DNA of 63,971 nt, counting the filler, from Vicugna vicugna (Eukaryota): the NCBI GenBank assembly GCA_013265495.1. It is 74 parts of 73 records of this genome, joined end to end, with 100 filler letters (N's around TTAATTAATTAA, not from the genome) between each part and the next. Parts side by side here need not be neighbours in the genome. Positions count along the whole stretch, not along the records: positions 1 to 866 come from PNXW01017946.1; positions 967 to 1,416 come from MU061185.1; positions 1,517 to 2,850 come from MU061186.1; positions 2,951 to 4,192 come from MU061187.1; positions 4,293 to 5,081 come from MU061191.1; positions 5,182 to 5,936 come from MU061192.1; positions 6,037 to 6,893 come from MU061193.1; positions 6,994 to 7,721 come from MU061194.1; 66 more parts are not named here. One strand, 5' to 3'. Of this stretch, positions 1-12,452 are shown one piece after another. How positions within the stretch are numbered: position 1 is the first letter of the stretch; the number at the start of each line of letters is the position of its first letter. A program made the translations under genes and the position numbers. The notes beneath the pieces were generated by a model, which saw nothing but the letters and a program-made list of their open reading frames with translations, made no database searches and had not been told where the DNA came from.

Positions 1-866
1 GGGCACAGGTGTTCCAAGGTTGGGGAAGTAGTTTCAAACCCTTCATTGCCCACAGACATGCACTCTCTAATACTTAGCTTTAGAGCCCATCCCCCACCAT
101 CGCTCACTGCTAGGCCTAGGAAAACACTTAGGGAAGTCAAGTTAAAGGATACTACTCGAACCCAGGTGCTGCTGTCAGTTGGAGGAACCTCCCCACTCTC
201 AGAACACCAGAACACTTCTTTGTGTGTGTGCTGGATGTAGGGAAACAGAGTCAAAGCATCTTACAGGGGGCACAGTTATATCCTGGTGGTGGTTTGTAGG
301 TTAAACACCCACATCCCATGGATAGGCTCTCGCTAATACTTGGTTTAGAGCCCAATCCCAAGTTTCCCCCGCACACCGGCCATGGCATGCCATCATGGAA
401 GACCAGTTAAGGTATTGTATTACAACCCAGGCGCTGCTGAAGGAACCTCCCCACAATCAAGATATTTGAACCCAATATCGTGTGTGTGCTGCAGGAGGGA
501 AACAGAGTCCACGCATCTTTATGGGGGCACAGGTGTTCCCAGGTTGGGGATATACTTTAACCACCTCCACTGCCAAAATATAGGAACTCGCTAATACTTG
601 GTTTTAGAGCACAACCCCCAATTTCGCTCACAACCCGTCCAAGGAATATACTCAGGAATATAAACCTAATGGATCCAATTAGATTCCAGGTGCTACTCTC
701 ACTTGCAGGAGCCTCCCCACACTCAGGATACCAGAAAACCACCTAGTGTGTGTGCTGAAGGCGGGGAAACAGTGTCTTTGCTTCTTTCAGGGGGCACAGG
801 TATTCCCAAATATTTGACTGAAGGTTAAACCACTTCAAATGCCGTGGAGAGGCACTCAATAATACT
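1..866 (+). repeat. Satellite B (diverged ~267-bp monomers)
   Basis: GGGCACAG anchor at 1, 268, 525, 792 (spacing 267, 257, 267); monomers clearly diverged from one another. Confidence 0.92.
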
Positions 867-966
867 NNNNNNNNNNNNNNNNNNNNNNNNNNNNNNNNNN
901 NNNNNNNNNNTTAATTAATTAANNNNNNNNNNNNNNNNNNNNNNNNNNNNNNNNNNNNNNNNNNNN
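867..966. other. Artificial scaffold linker N44-TTAATTAATTAA-N44 (first of ~73 copies; last at ~63658-63757)
   Basis: The same 12-mer palindrome with TAA in all frames, flanked by 44 N on each side, recurs at 911, 1461, 2895, 4237 ... 63181, 63702. Sequence type changes abruptly across each copy. Confidence 0.98.
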
Positions 967-1416
967 GGGGAGCTCGAGAGAAATCTCCACGCAGCTCTCT
1001 TCAGTCATAGGAGTTCCCTGTTGGGAGAAGTCCGAGAAATACCTTCCCTGACATTGGGGAGGCAGCCTCTGTCACTGGGAATTCCTGCAAAACCCCCCTA
1101 GCATTCCCTGGCACAGAGACATTAGGAAAACCCCCGGGGAAACCGAGCNNNNNNNNNNNNNNNNNNNNNNNNNNNNNNNNNNNNNNAACCTCCCCACGCT
1201 CAGGATTCCGGAACCATTGTCAGTGCGTGGGGGAGCTCGAGAGACAACTCCACGCAGCTCTCTTCAGTCACAGGTGTTCCCTGTTCGGGGAAGTCCGAGA
1301 AATATCTTCCCTGACCTTGGGGAGGCAGCCTCTTTCACTGGGATATCCTGCAAACCACCCCTAGAATTCCTTGGCAGAGAGACATTAGGGAAACCCTCAG
1401 AGGAGACGAGCACAAG
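967..1416 (+). repeat. Satellite A (267-bp monomer)
   Basis: GGGAGCTCGAGAGA...CAGCTCTCTTCAGTCA consensus repeated; same unit as 50602-51698. Confidence 0.95.
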
Positions 1417-1516
1417 NNNNNNNNNNNNNNNNNNNNNNNNNNNNNNNNNNNNNNNNNNNNTTAATTAATTAANNNNNNNNNNNNNNNNNNNNNNNNNNNN
1501 NNNNNNNNNNNNNNNN

Positions 1517-2850
1517 AGGGAAGAGAAGCTAAGGGATTCTATTAGAACCGAGGCGCTGCTGCCATTTCGAGGGGCCTCCCCACAATCAGGATACTTGAGC
1601 ACGTCTCCGTGTGTGTGCTGGAGGTGGGGAAACAGATTCCACGCATCTTTATGGGGCACAGGTGTTCCAAGGTTGGGGAAGTAGTTTAAAACCCTCCACT
1701 ACCCACAGAGATGCACTCGCTAATACTTGGCTTTAGAGCCCATCNNNNNNNNNNNNNNNNNNNNNNNNNNNNNNNNNNNNNNNNNNNNNNNNNNNNNNNN
1801 NNNNNNNNNNNNNNNNNNNNNNNNNNNNNNNNNNNNNNNNNNNNNNNNNNNNNNNNNNNNNNNNNNNNNNNNNNNNNNNNNNNNNNNNNNNNNNNNNNNN
1901 NNNNNNNNNNNNNNNNNNNNNNNNNNNNNNNNNNNNNNNNNNNNNNNNNNNNNNNNNNNNNNNNNNNNNNNNNNNNNNNNNNNNNNNNNNNNNNNNNNNN
2001 NNNNNNNNNNNNNNNNNNNNNNNNNNNNNNNNNNNNNNNNNNNNNNNNNNNNNNNNNNNNNNNNNNNNNNNNNNNNNNNNNNNNNNNNNNNNNNNNNNNN
2101 NNNNNNNNNNNNNNNNNNNNNNNNNNNNNNNNNNNNNNNNNNNNNNNNNNNNNNNNNNNNNNNNNNNNNNNNNNNNNNNNNNNNNNNNNNNNNNNNNNNN
2201 NNNNNNNNNNNNNNNNNNNNNNNNNNNNNNNNNNNNNNNNNNNNNNNNNNNNNNNNNNNNNNNNNNNNNNNNNNNNNNNNNNNNNNNNNNNNNNNNNNNN
2301 NNNNNNNNNNNNNNNNNNNNNNNNNNNNNNNNNNNNNNNNNNNNNNNNNNNNNNNNNNNNNNNNNNNNNNNNNNNNNNNNNNNNNNNNNNNNNNNNNNNN
2401 NNNNNNNNNNNNNNNNNNNNNNNNNNNNNNNNNNNNNNNNNNNNNNNNNNNNNNNNNNNNNNNNNNNNNNNNNNNNNNNNNNNNNNNNNNNNNNNNNNNN
2501 NNNNNNNNNNNNNNNNNNNNNNNNNNNNNNNNNNNNNNNNNNNNNNNNNNNNNNNNNNNNNNNNNNNNNNNNNNNNNNNNNNNNNNNNNNNNNNNNNNNN
2601 NNNNNNTGCTCTCAGTTGGAGGAGGCTTCCCACTCTCAGGATAACTGTGCAAGTGTTCGTGTGTGTGCTGGAGGTGTGGAAACAGACTCCACCGATCTTT
2701 ATGTGGGCACAGGAGTTCCCAGGTTAGGGATGTAGTTTAAACACCTCCACAAACCATAGAGAGGTCATCGCAAATACTTGGATTCGGTTCCCAAACCACA
2801 CATTTCCCCGCACTCCCGCCTAGGCTTTCAATCAGGGAAGACAAGCAAAG
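1517..2850 (+). repeat. Satellite B (both sides of an internal gap)
   Basis: Matches the motifs at 1-866 (GGGCACAGGTGTTCCAAGG, CTAATACTTGG). Confidence 0.9.
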
Positions 2851-2950
2851 NNNNNNNNNNNNNNNNNNNNNNNNNNNNNNNNNNNNNNNNNNNNTTAATT
2901 AATTAANNNNNNNNNNNNNNNNNNNNNNNNNNNNNNNNNNNNNNNNNNNN

Positions 2951-4192
2951 GTTTCTCATGCAACCCGGTCCTTTTGTGCTGGATAAACGAACGTCTATCC
3001 ACATACACATTTCTGAGATATAATTGTGTGTCAAAGCCGCCCTTCACGTAGCTTGAATGGAACACAAAGTTTCTTGTCTGTTGCAACCTCCACTCCAAAC
3101 ATATATATGGGGAGGGACAAGCTCCAACTCGGTTTTACAGTGCAAACCGCAGAAATTCAAACCGGCACTATGAAACAGACTGAGAAACCAGAGTAATTGT
3201 TTCTCCTACAAACCGTTCCTTTTTTGCTGGATGAACGATCGTCTCTCCACATGCTCAGATCTGAGAGATAATTGTGTGTGAAAGCCGTCCGTCACCTAGC
3301 TTGAAGGGAACACAAAGTTTCTTGCCAGTTGCAACATCCACTCCATACATATATATGGGGAGGGACAAGCTCCAACTCGGTTTTACACTGCAAACTGCAG
3401 AAATTCAAACCGGCATTAAAAAACAGACTGAGAAACCAGATTAAGCGTTTCCCCTGCAACCCTTTCACTTTGTGCTGGATGAACGATCGTCTCCCAACAT
3501 GCTCAGCTCTGAGAGATAAGTGTGTGTGAAAGCCGTCCTTCACCTAGTTGAAGGGTACACAAAGTATCTTTTCCAGTTGCAAACTCCACTCCATACATAT
3601 ATATGGGGAGGTACAAGCTCCAACTCGGTTTTAAAGTNNNNNNNNNNNNNNNNNNNNNNNNNNNNNNNNNNNNNNNNNNNNNNNNNNNNNNNNNNNNNNN
3701 NNNNNNNNNNNNNNNNNNNNNNNNNNNNNNNNNNNNNNNNNNNNNNNNNNNNNNNNNNNNNNNNNNNNNNNNNNNNNNNNNNNNNNNNNNNNNNNNNNNN
3801 NNNNNNNNNNNNNNNNNNNNNNNNNNNNNNNNNNNNNNNNNNNNNNNNNNNNNNNNNNNNNNNNNNNNNNNNNNNNNNNNNNNNNNNNNNNNNNNNNNNN
3901 NNNNNNNNNNNNNNNNNNNNNNNNNNNAAGGAACTTTAAACCGGCACTAGGAAACAGACTGAGAATCCAGAGTAAGTGTTTCCCTACAAACCGTTCCCTT
4001 TGTGCTGGATGAACGAACGTCTCTCCACATGCTCAGTTCTAAGTGATAAGTGTGTGTTCAAGCCGTCCTTCAACTACCTTGAAAGGAACACAAAGTTTCT
4101 TGTAAGTTACCAACGTCACTACATACATATATAAGGGGAGAAGCAAACTCCAACTCGGTTTAACAGTGCAAACCGCAGGAACTTCAAACCGG
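2951..4192 (+). repeat. Satellite C (~248-bp monomer)
   Basis: TGCTGG anchor at 2977, 3225, 3473 (spacing 248, 248). Confidence 0.95.
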
Positions 4193-4379
4193 NNNNNNNN
4201 NNNNNNNNNNNNNNNNNNNNNNNNNNNNNNNNNNNNTTAATTAATTAANNNNNNNNNNNNNNNNNNNNNNNNNNNNNNNNNNNNNNNNNNNNGCAACCAG
4301 GTGGAGAGATCACAGGTGCACATCACAGAGGACTCTGCATGCCTCCAACCGTAGAGGTGACATGCAAAGTGATCTAGAA

Positions 4380-4720
4380 AGAGACAAGATAGAGGCAGGG
4401 AGACCTATTGGCAGGTTCATGTGAAGGTCTGCTGAGATCCCGCCAGGAGGAGAGAGAAGAAAACATTTCTGCAGGTGGACGGATTGGCCACAGGTGTGAT
4501 GGAAGAGCAGGAAGAGGTGAAAGATGCCAGCCAGCTTTCTGGCTTTGGCAGTGTCCTAAATTATAGTGCCATTCCCTGAAATAAGAAGNNNNNNNNNNNN
4601 NNNNNNNNNNNNNNNNNNNNNTTCAGTTCTGGCTGGGTGCCTGTGGGCTCCAGGAGAGATGTGCAGTAGGCAAATAAGAGTCTAGAAATCGGGAGAAAGT
4701 TCTAGGCTGAGCCAAGTAGT
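4380..4720. mobile_element. Old LINE-2-like fragment
   Basis: Degenerate L2-type motifs (GGCAGGGAGACC, TTTCTGGCTT, GTGCCATT, TTCAGTT, GAGATGT..AGTAGGCA) recognised from memory; boundaries approximate. Confidence 0.55.
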
Positions 4721-4889
4721 TTTCCTGTTTCAAGAGGCTAATGGGTGTGAGTGGACAAGCTCATGAGGAGAGGTGTATAGGGGTAGCTCTCACCCTTATG
4801 CACATGGGAAGCATCTGGGAGCCTTTAAATCATAGTGCGTCCCAGCCTGGAGTGGGGCCTTTGTACTGTTTATTATTTTTTAAATACTT

Positions 4890-5005
4890 CTTTCCTTTTT
4901 GTGGGGATTTGTTAGCTTTATTTATTTTAATGGAGGTCCTGGGAAATGAACCCAGGACTTCTTGCATGCTAAGCACGTGCTCTACCACTGAGCCGTACCC
5001 TCCCC
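4890..5005 (-). mobile_element. tRNA-derived SINE, camelid Vic-1 type
   Basis: Minus strand reads GGGGAGGGTACGGCTCAGTGGTAGAGCACGTGCTTAGCATGCAAGAAGTCCTGGGTTCATTTCCCAGGACCTCCATTAAAATAAATAAA: A box, B box, A-rich tail. Confidence 0.8.
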
Positions 5006-5181
5006 ACCTTTTTTTGCTTTTAGACATTATCTCTACTGAGCAGTCAGTGTTGAGAATCAACCTGCAGAGAGCAGAGAGCCTNNNNNNNNNNNNNNNNNNN
5101 NNNNNNNNNNNNNNNNNNNNNNNNNTTAATTAATTAANNNNNNNNNNNNNNNNNNNNNNNNNNNNNNNNNNNNNNNNNNNN

Positions 5182-5936
5182 TTCAGTTGCAAACTCCACT
5201 CCATACATATACATGGGGAGGTAAAATCCCCAACTCGATTTTACAGTGAAAACTGCAGGAACTTCAAACATGCACTAGGAAACAGACTGAGGAACCAGAG
5301 TAAGTGTTTCTCCTGCAACCTGTTCCCTTTGTGCTAGATGAACGAACGTCTCTCCACATGCTCAGNNNNNNNNNNNNNNNNNNNNNNNNNNNNNNNNNNN
5401 NNNNNNNNNNNNNNNNNNNNNNNNNNNNNNNNNNNNNNNNNNNNNNNNNNNNNNNNNNNNNNNNNNNNNNNNNNNNNNNNNNNNNNNNNNNNNNNNNNNN
5501 NNNNNNNNNNNNNNNNNNNNNNNNNNNNNNNNNNNNNNNNNNNNNNNNNNNNNNNNNNNNNNNNNNNNNNNNNNNNNNNNNNNNNNNNNNNNNNNNNNNN
5601 NNNNNNNNNNNNNNNNNNNNNNNNNNNNNNNNNNNNNNNNNNNNNNNNNNNNNNNNNNNNNNNNNNNNNNNNNNNNNNNNNNNNNNNNNNNNNNNNNNNN
5701 NNNNNNNNNNNNNNNNNNNNNNNNNNNNNNNNNNNNNNNNNNNNNNNNNNNNNNNNNNNNNNNNNNNNNNNNNNNNNNNNNNNNNNNNNNNNNNNNNNNN
5801 NNNNNNNNNNNNNNNNNNNNNNNNNNNNGAACGAACGTCACGTGCTCAGTTTTGAGAGTTAAGCGTGTGTGAAAGCCGTCCTACACCTACATTGTTGGGA
5901 ACACAAAGTTTCTCTTCAGTTGCAAACACCACTCCA
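5182..5936 (+). repeat. Satellite C
   Basis: Same unit as 2951-4192. Confidence 0.93.
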
Positions 5937-6036
5937 NNNNNNNNNNNNNNNNNNNNNNNNNNNNNNNNNNNNNNNNNNNNTTAATTAATTAANNNNNNNN
6001 NNNNNNNNNNNNNNNNNNNNNNNNNNNNNNNNNNNN

Positions 6037-6893
6037 CATAGTTTTTTCCTATCACCGGTTCTAAAATCGGACATTTGGCACAAGAAAACACTGTAGAGCG
6101 AATTCTCACCAATACACATGTAATTTACATTGATTACATAACCATGGAATTCTGTATTTTGTACATGTTTCATGCATCACGGATTCCTCAAACATGCATT
6201 TCTGAGTTGTGGACATGCGCATGATTGATGTTTCAACAACCAAACAAGTTACCTAAGCACTCNNNNNNNNNNNNNNNNNNNNNNNNNNNNNNNNNNNNNN
6301 NNNNNNNNNNNNNNNNNNNNNNNNNNNNNNNNNNNNNNNNNNNNNNNNNNNNNNNNNNNNNNNNNATATGTAATTAGATCCCATCAACATGATATTCCGT
6401 GTTCCGTACTTGCTACATATATGACGGATTCGACAAACATATATTCCTGAGTTGAGGTCATCTGGAATAATAATGTTTCCTCTTCTATAAAATTACTATT
6501 TTCATCTAAACACGTGTACACATTTTCAAAATCTTTCCCAAAAACCAGGTTCGAATTCGTGCATTTTTCACAAAAAAATATTTCTGGAGAGATTTCCACC
6601 TAATAGGTATGTAATTTACATGAATTCCATCAACATGGTATTCCGGGATCCGTACATGCTACATGCATGACGGATTCGGGAATCATGCGTAACTGACTTG
6701 TGAGCATGCGGATTACAGACCTTTCACCCTCCGAACAAGGCGTATATATACTTAGAAATATTTACTCTGACTATACTTAGAAAACTCTGACTTCATAGGT
6801 TTTTTGCCATTACCAGGTTCTAAAATCGGACATTTGGCAACAGAAAAACCTCTTTGAACGAATTCTCACCAATACACATGTAATTTACATTGT
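6037..6893 (+). repeat. Satellite D (trimer of ~248-bp monomers)
   Basis: GGTTCTAAAATCGGACATTTGGC recurs at ~6057 and ~6816; matches 55962-56758. Confidence 0.92.
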
Positions 6894-6993
6894 NNNNNNN
6901 NNNNNNNNNNNNNNNNNNNNNNNNNNNNNNNNNNNNNTTAATTAATTAANNNNNNNNNNNNNNNNNNNNNNNNNNNNNNNNNNNNNNNNNNNN

Positions 6994-7721
6994 GTTTAGA
7001 GTCATTTTAAAAGTTGTGTCCAATTCCAATGCAGAGCACAATTTTTCAGTTTCAATGAATATATATACATTTGTTGTCCCATTTTTCCTTCTTTGAGCTG
7101 CTGTAAGATCTTTTATATATTTCCCTGTGCTATACAGTACAATCCTGTTTATCTATTCTACAATTTTGGCCTCCCAGTGTATCTCTCCCNNNNNNNNNNN
7201 NNNNNNNNNNNNNNNNNNNNNNNNNNNNNNNNNNNNNNNNNNNNNNNNNNNNNNNNNNNNNNNNNNNNNNNNNNNNNNNNNNNNNNNNNNNNNNNNNNNN
7301 NNNNNNNNNNNNNNNNNNNNNNNNNNNNNNNNNNNNNNNNNNNNNNNNNNNNNNNNNNNNNNNNNNNNNNNNNNNNNNNNNNNNNNNNNNNNNNNNNNNN
7401 NNNNNNCATTATGTTGACATTTTATATCGCTGAATAGTATTCCATTGTATAAATATACCACCTCTTCTTTATCTAGTCAACTGTTGATGGACATTTAGGC
7501 TGTTTCCATGTCTTGGCTAATGTAAATATTGCTGGCTGTGAGCATTGTGGTTCAACTGTCATCCTGAAATAGGGTTCCTTCTGGATTTATGCCCAGAAGT
7601 GGGACACCTGAGTCAAATGTTAAGTCTATTCCTAGGCTTTTGAAGAATCATCATCCTGTTTTCCACAGTGGCTGACCCAAACTGCATTGCCACCAGAAGT
7701 GAAGGACAGTTCCCTTTTCTC
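6994..7721 (-). mobile_element. LINE-1 3' region (ORF2 end / 3' UTR)
   Basis: TGAATAGTATTCCATTGTA...GATGGACATTTAGGCTGTTTCCATGTCTTGGCT and TTTTCCACAGTGGCTG are typical antisense L1 3' motifs. Confidence 0.85.
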
Positions 7722-7821
7722 NNNNNNNNNNNNNNNNNNNNNNNNNNNNNNNNNNNNNNNNNNNNTTAATTAATTAANNNNNNNNNNNNNNNNNNNNNNN
7801 NNNNNNNNNNNNNNNNNNNNN

Positions 7822-9005
7822 ACACACTTATCTCTCAGAAATGAGCATGTGGAGAGACTTTCGTTCTTCCAGCACAACGGGAAGGGGTTGCAGGAGAAAC
7901 ACTTACTCTGGTTTCTCAGTCTGTTTCCTAGTGCNNNNNNNNNNNNNNNNNNNNNNNNNNNNNNNNNNNNNNNNNNNNNNNNNNNNNNNNNNNNNNNNNN
8001 NNNNNNNNNNNNNNNNNNNNNNNNNNNNNNNNNNNNNNNNNNNNNNNNNNNNNNNNNNNNNNNNNNNNNNNNNNNNNNNNNNNNNNNNNNNNNNNNNNNN
8101 NNNNNNNNNNNNNNNNNNNNNNNNNNNNNNNNNNNNNNNNNNNNNNNNNNNNNNNNNNNNNNNNNNNNNNNNNNNNNNNNNNNNNNNNNNNNNNNNNNNN
8201 NNNNNNNNNNNNNNNNNNNNNNNNNNNNNNNNNNNNNNNNNNNNNNNNNNNNNNNNNNNNNNNNNNNNNNNNNNNNNNNNNNNNNNNNNNNNNNNNNNNN
8301 NNNNNNNNNNNNNNNNNNNNNNNNNNNNNNNNNNNNNNNNNNNNNNNNNNNNNNNNNNNNNNNNNNNNNNNNNNNNNNNNNNNNNNNNNNNNNNNNNNNN
8401 NNNNNNNNNNNNNNNNNNNNNNNNNNNNNNNNNNNNNNNNNNNNNNNNNNNNNNNNNNNNNNNNNNNNNNNNNNNNNNNNNNNNNNNNNNNNNNNNNNNN
8501 NNNNNNNNNNNNNNNNNNNNNNNNNNNNNNNNNNNNNNNNNNNNNNNNNNNNNNNNNNNNNNNNNNNNNNNNNNNNNNNNNAGAGACGTTCGTTCATCCA
8601 GTACAAAGGGAAGGGGTTGCAGCAGAAACACTTACTCTGGTTTCTCAGTCTGTTTCCTAGTGCCGGTTTGAAGTGCCTGCCTTATTTACTTTAAAACGGA
8701 GTTGGAGCTTTTCCTTCCCCATATATATGTATGGAGTGGAGTTTGCAACTGAAAAGAAACTCTGTGTTCCCTTCAAGCTAGGTGAAGGATCGCTTTCACA
8801 CACACTTATCTCTCAGAACTGAGCATGTGGAGAGACGTTCGTTCATCCAGCACAAAGGGAACGGGTTGCAGGAGAAACACTTACTCTGGATTCTCAGTCT
8901 GTTTCCTTGTGCCGGTTTGAAGTGCCTGCCTTATTTATTTTAAAACGGAGTTGGAGCTTTTCCTTCCCCATATATATGTATGGAGTGGAGTTTGCAACTG
9001 AAAAG
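7822..9005 (-). repeat. Satellite C
   Basis: Reverse complement of the C unit; AGAGACGTTCG at 8582 and 8831. Confidence 0.95.
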
Positions 9006-10135
9006 NNNNNNNNNNNNNNNNNNNNNNNNNNNNNNNNNNNNNNNNNNNNTTAATTAATTAANNNNNNNNNNNNNNNNNNNNNNNNNNNNNNNNNNNNNNN
9101 NNNNNCCTTGTGAATGTCAACACATCAGTCTATTAGGAGCTGAAATTAAAGTACCTGGACGCTAACTTTTCTTTTTAAAAACAATAAAGTCAATTTCCCC
9201 TACAAATTCTTTATTGTTTCTCATACTGAGGCTCACCACTTTTCTTAATATATATGTTTGGTGGGGAGGGGGGCACAGCCTTGAAAGCCTGCAGACAGCA
9301 CCAACTATATAAGGTTAACCAGAGGTGGCCATGGATGTAAAATGGATGTAGTGTGACTTCAGCCACTGAGCACGAGCACCTGCTGTCCCTCCAACTGTTC
9401 TGCCTCCATTGCTGACATCCCTGAAGGTCACTGCCTCTTGTAAAATTCTACAACATTACAGTTCATTTATTTTTAAAGGTATCAATTTGTGAAAGTCGTC
9501 TGTTGTTTGTGTAAAATGGGGGGTACTTGCCATTGTTCATTTCAGGCTAAACTATGTCCAGAAGGACACACACACTCAGTTCTAAGTGCCCCCAAAGAAA
9601 AGTACGAAAGGCTTCGGGACAGTGGTGGCACTCAAACATTTGGAATTTTGAGCTCTATGAAAGTATGACTTATTAAGAAATTAAGCATTATAATTCTAGA
9701 CCAAGAGAAACAGAATCCCCCACGAGTTACTTACCACAATTTTTTTAAAGAAACTATCTTTCCTAAAATCCAATGATAAATCAAATATCCATGGAAAGAA
9801 TATAGATCAGTAATACCAAGGAACAATTTCTACACTAATGCTGATTAGCCATCAGCCCAAACAAAAGGACATAGAAATAAGACACCTGGAGATAAAGAGA
9901 TGGAAGAGAGGTATTAAAAAACAAGAATATAAAAGAAGTAATGGCCCTATGGAAACCTTCCCACTTTTTTGAAATAATTACTTGGTTAAAGAACTCACTC
10001 GTGAGGATTGGAAATGCACCAAGAGGAAATCTAGCNNNNNNNNNNNNNNNNNNNNNNNNNNNNNNNNNNNNNNNNNNNNTTAATTAATTAANNNNNNNNN
10101 NNNNNNNNNNNNNNNNNNNNNNNNNNNNNNNNNNN

Positions 10136-10547
10136 TAGTACTACAAAATATTTTGAATTTCCTGGGTTATTTTCTTCAATATTTTACCCACCTGCATGCA
10201 CATTTTACTAAAATATACCCCTATAATCTCTTTAAAATCAATTAAATTATTAAAATATTTCCCTGTGCTCTAAATATAGCACTTTTTTTCTCTAATTTAT
10301 TAATTGTAGCTTCAACATTTCTGTCTTCTCCATCCTTCTACCCTTTCCCCACAGGAAACCACTACTTGGTACACTACACATATATATGTGAAACACTACA
10401 CATATATATGTGATTCTTTTTTTGTTTTTTAATGATTATTTCTCTTATATCATTATTTTCCCAATTTAAGTGACAACTTAGAGTGTTTTTCCCTGTATGA
10501 CATATTTTCCTATGTGCAACACCCTCTGGGTCCAGTCACATTGTTCC
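10136..10547 (-). mobile_element. Degenerate L1 3' UTR-like fragment
   Basis: Weak resemblance to antisense L1 3' UTR (TATTTCCCTGTGCT, CCCTTTCCCC..GG.AACCAC); very decayed. Confidence 0.45.
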
Positions 10548-10647
10548 NNNNNNNNNNNNNNNNNNNNNNNNNNNNNNNNNNNNNNNNNNNNTTAATTAAT
10601 TAANNNNNNNNNNNNNNNNNNNNNNNNNNNNNNNNNNNNNNNNNNNN

Positions 10648-11159
10648 ACTTCCCACACTCAGAATACCAGAACACATCTTCGTGTGTGTGCTAAATGTAG
10701 GGAAAAAGTCAAAGCATCTTTCAGAGGGCACATTTATTCCATGGTTGTGGGTTGTAGTTTAAAAACCCACATCCCATGGATAGGCTCTCGCTAATACTTG
10801 GTTTAGAGCCCAACCCCCACTTTCCCCCACTCTCCAGCCTAGGAATGCCATCAGGGAAGACAAGCTATTTAGAACCCAGGCGCTGCTGTCATTTGGAGGA
10901 GCCTCTCCACAATCAGGATACCTGAGCAAGTCTCCGTGTGTGTGCTGGAGGTGGGGAAACAGATTCCACGCATCTTTATGGGGCACAGGTGTTCCAAGGT
11001 TGGGGAAGTAGTTTAAAACCTTCAAATACCCACAGAGATTCACTCGCTAATACTTGGCTTTAGAGCCCATCCCCCACCATCGCTTACTGCTAGGCCTAGG
11101 AAAACACTTAGGGCAGTCAAGCTAAGGGATTCTATTAATACCCAGGTGCTGCTGTCTGT
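10648..11159 (+). repeat. Satellite B
   Basis: Matches the monomers at 1-400. Confidence 0.92.
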
Positions 11160-11870
11160 NNNNNNNNNNNNNNNNNNNNNNNNNNNNNNNNNNNNNNNNN
11201 NNNTTAATTAATTAANNNNNNNNNNNNNNNNNNNNNNNNNNNNNNNNNNNNNNNNNNNNTCTCAACAATCCTTTGATTGTACCATTTTTCAGACATTTTG
11301 CCATGTTAACCTTTTATGTATCAGCCTGGACAACAAAGGCCTTTAGCTTTTGCAGAGTAAACTTTTGAATTTTATTTAGGCAATATCCCCACCCTCATGT
11401 GGAAAATCCTCTTCATCTTTTTGGTTTAGAGATATATATATATAAATTGATGGCCATATGATAGATCCTTTAATTTGGAAAAACTTTTAAATTGGTGAAA
11501 GTTGAAAGAGCTCTCAATATAAACAGCTGTTTTCTTGGTNNNNNNNNNNNNNNNNNNNNNNNNNNNNNNNNNNNNNNNNNNNNNNNNNNNNNNNNNNNNN
11601 NNNNNNNNNNNNNNNNNNNNNNNNNNNNNNNNNNNNNNNNNNNNNNNNNNNNNNNNNNNNNNNNNNNNNNNNNNNNGGATGCTAATCTTTGAACAATTAA
11701 TGTTAATTATGTTGAATAACTGGAAAATAGATTGTAAAACTTTTGATTTTTTCTTAATAATAAAAAAAAANNNNNNNNNNNNNNNNNNNNNNNNNNNNNN
11801 NNNNNNNNNNNNNNTTAATTAATTAANNNNNNNNNNNNNNNNNNNNNNNNNNNNNNNNNNNNNNNNNNNN

Positions 11871-12352
11871 AAAGAGAAGTGGGCTTTGAAAGTCCAACCA
11901 CTGCTAATGATGTTAGTTATTTTTCTCTAGTGGCCCTTATTGACAGAAATACAAAGACTGAACTGGTTTTATGAAGTCTTAATATGGAAGAAAAGATTGT
12001 CAGTGAGCATTCTAAGTAAAATCTTTACTCTTTTCTTTCCTGATGATGAATATGTAAGTTGTTTTCATGGCTTAAGTACATTTCCTCGTTTGTGAAATTT
12101 GAGTGATATCGTTTATCTTGTCTGACTGTGAGAGTTAGAAAAATTTGAGTGATATCGTTTATCTTGTCTGACTGTGAGAGTTAGATGCCTTGTATACAAA
12201 GAACCCAAGAGGTGCTTAATAAAAATGTGTTGTCACAATGACAGATATTTTAGAATGATCAACTCTGAATACTAAAGGGTGTCGCTTATTTCTGATGCAT
12301 ATTCTACATGTATATGTATGATATATTTGAGTATGGTTTAAAGTAACAAAGA
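11871..12352. repeat. Low-copy duplicated sequence (paralog of 21329-21747)
   Basis: 12026-12351 aligns with 21329-21605 with scattered substitutions. Confidence 0.85.
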
Positions 12353-12452
12353 NNNNNNNNNNNNNNNNNNNNNNNNNNNNNNNNNNNNNNNNNNNNTTAA
12401 TTAATTAANNNNNNNNNNNNNNNNNNNNNNNNNNNNNNNNNNNNNNNNNNNN

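Noticed and set aside
4930..5005. tRNA gene
   Set aside because: Degenerate B box and an A-rich tail; a SINE head, not an intact tRNA.
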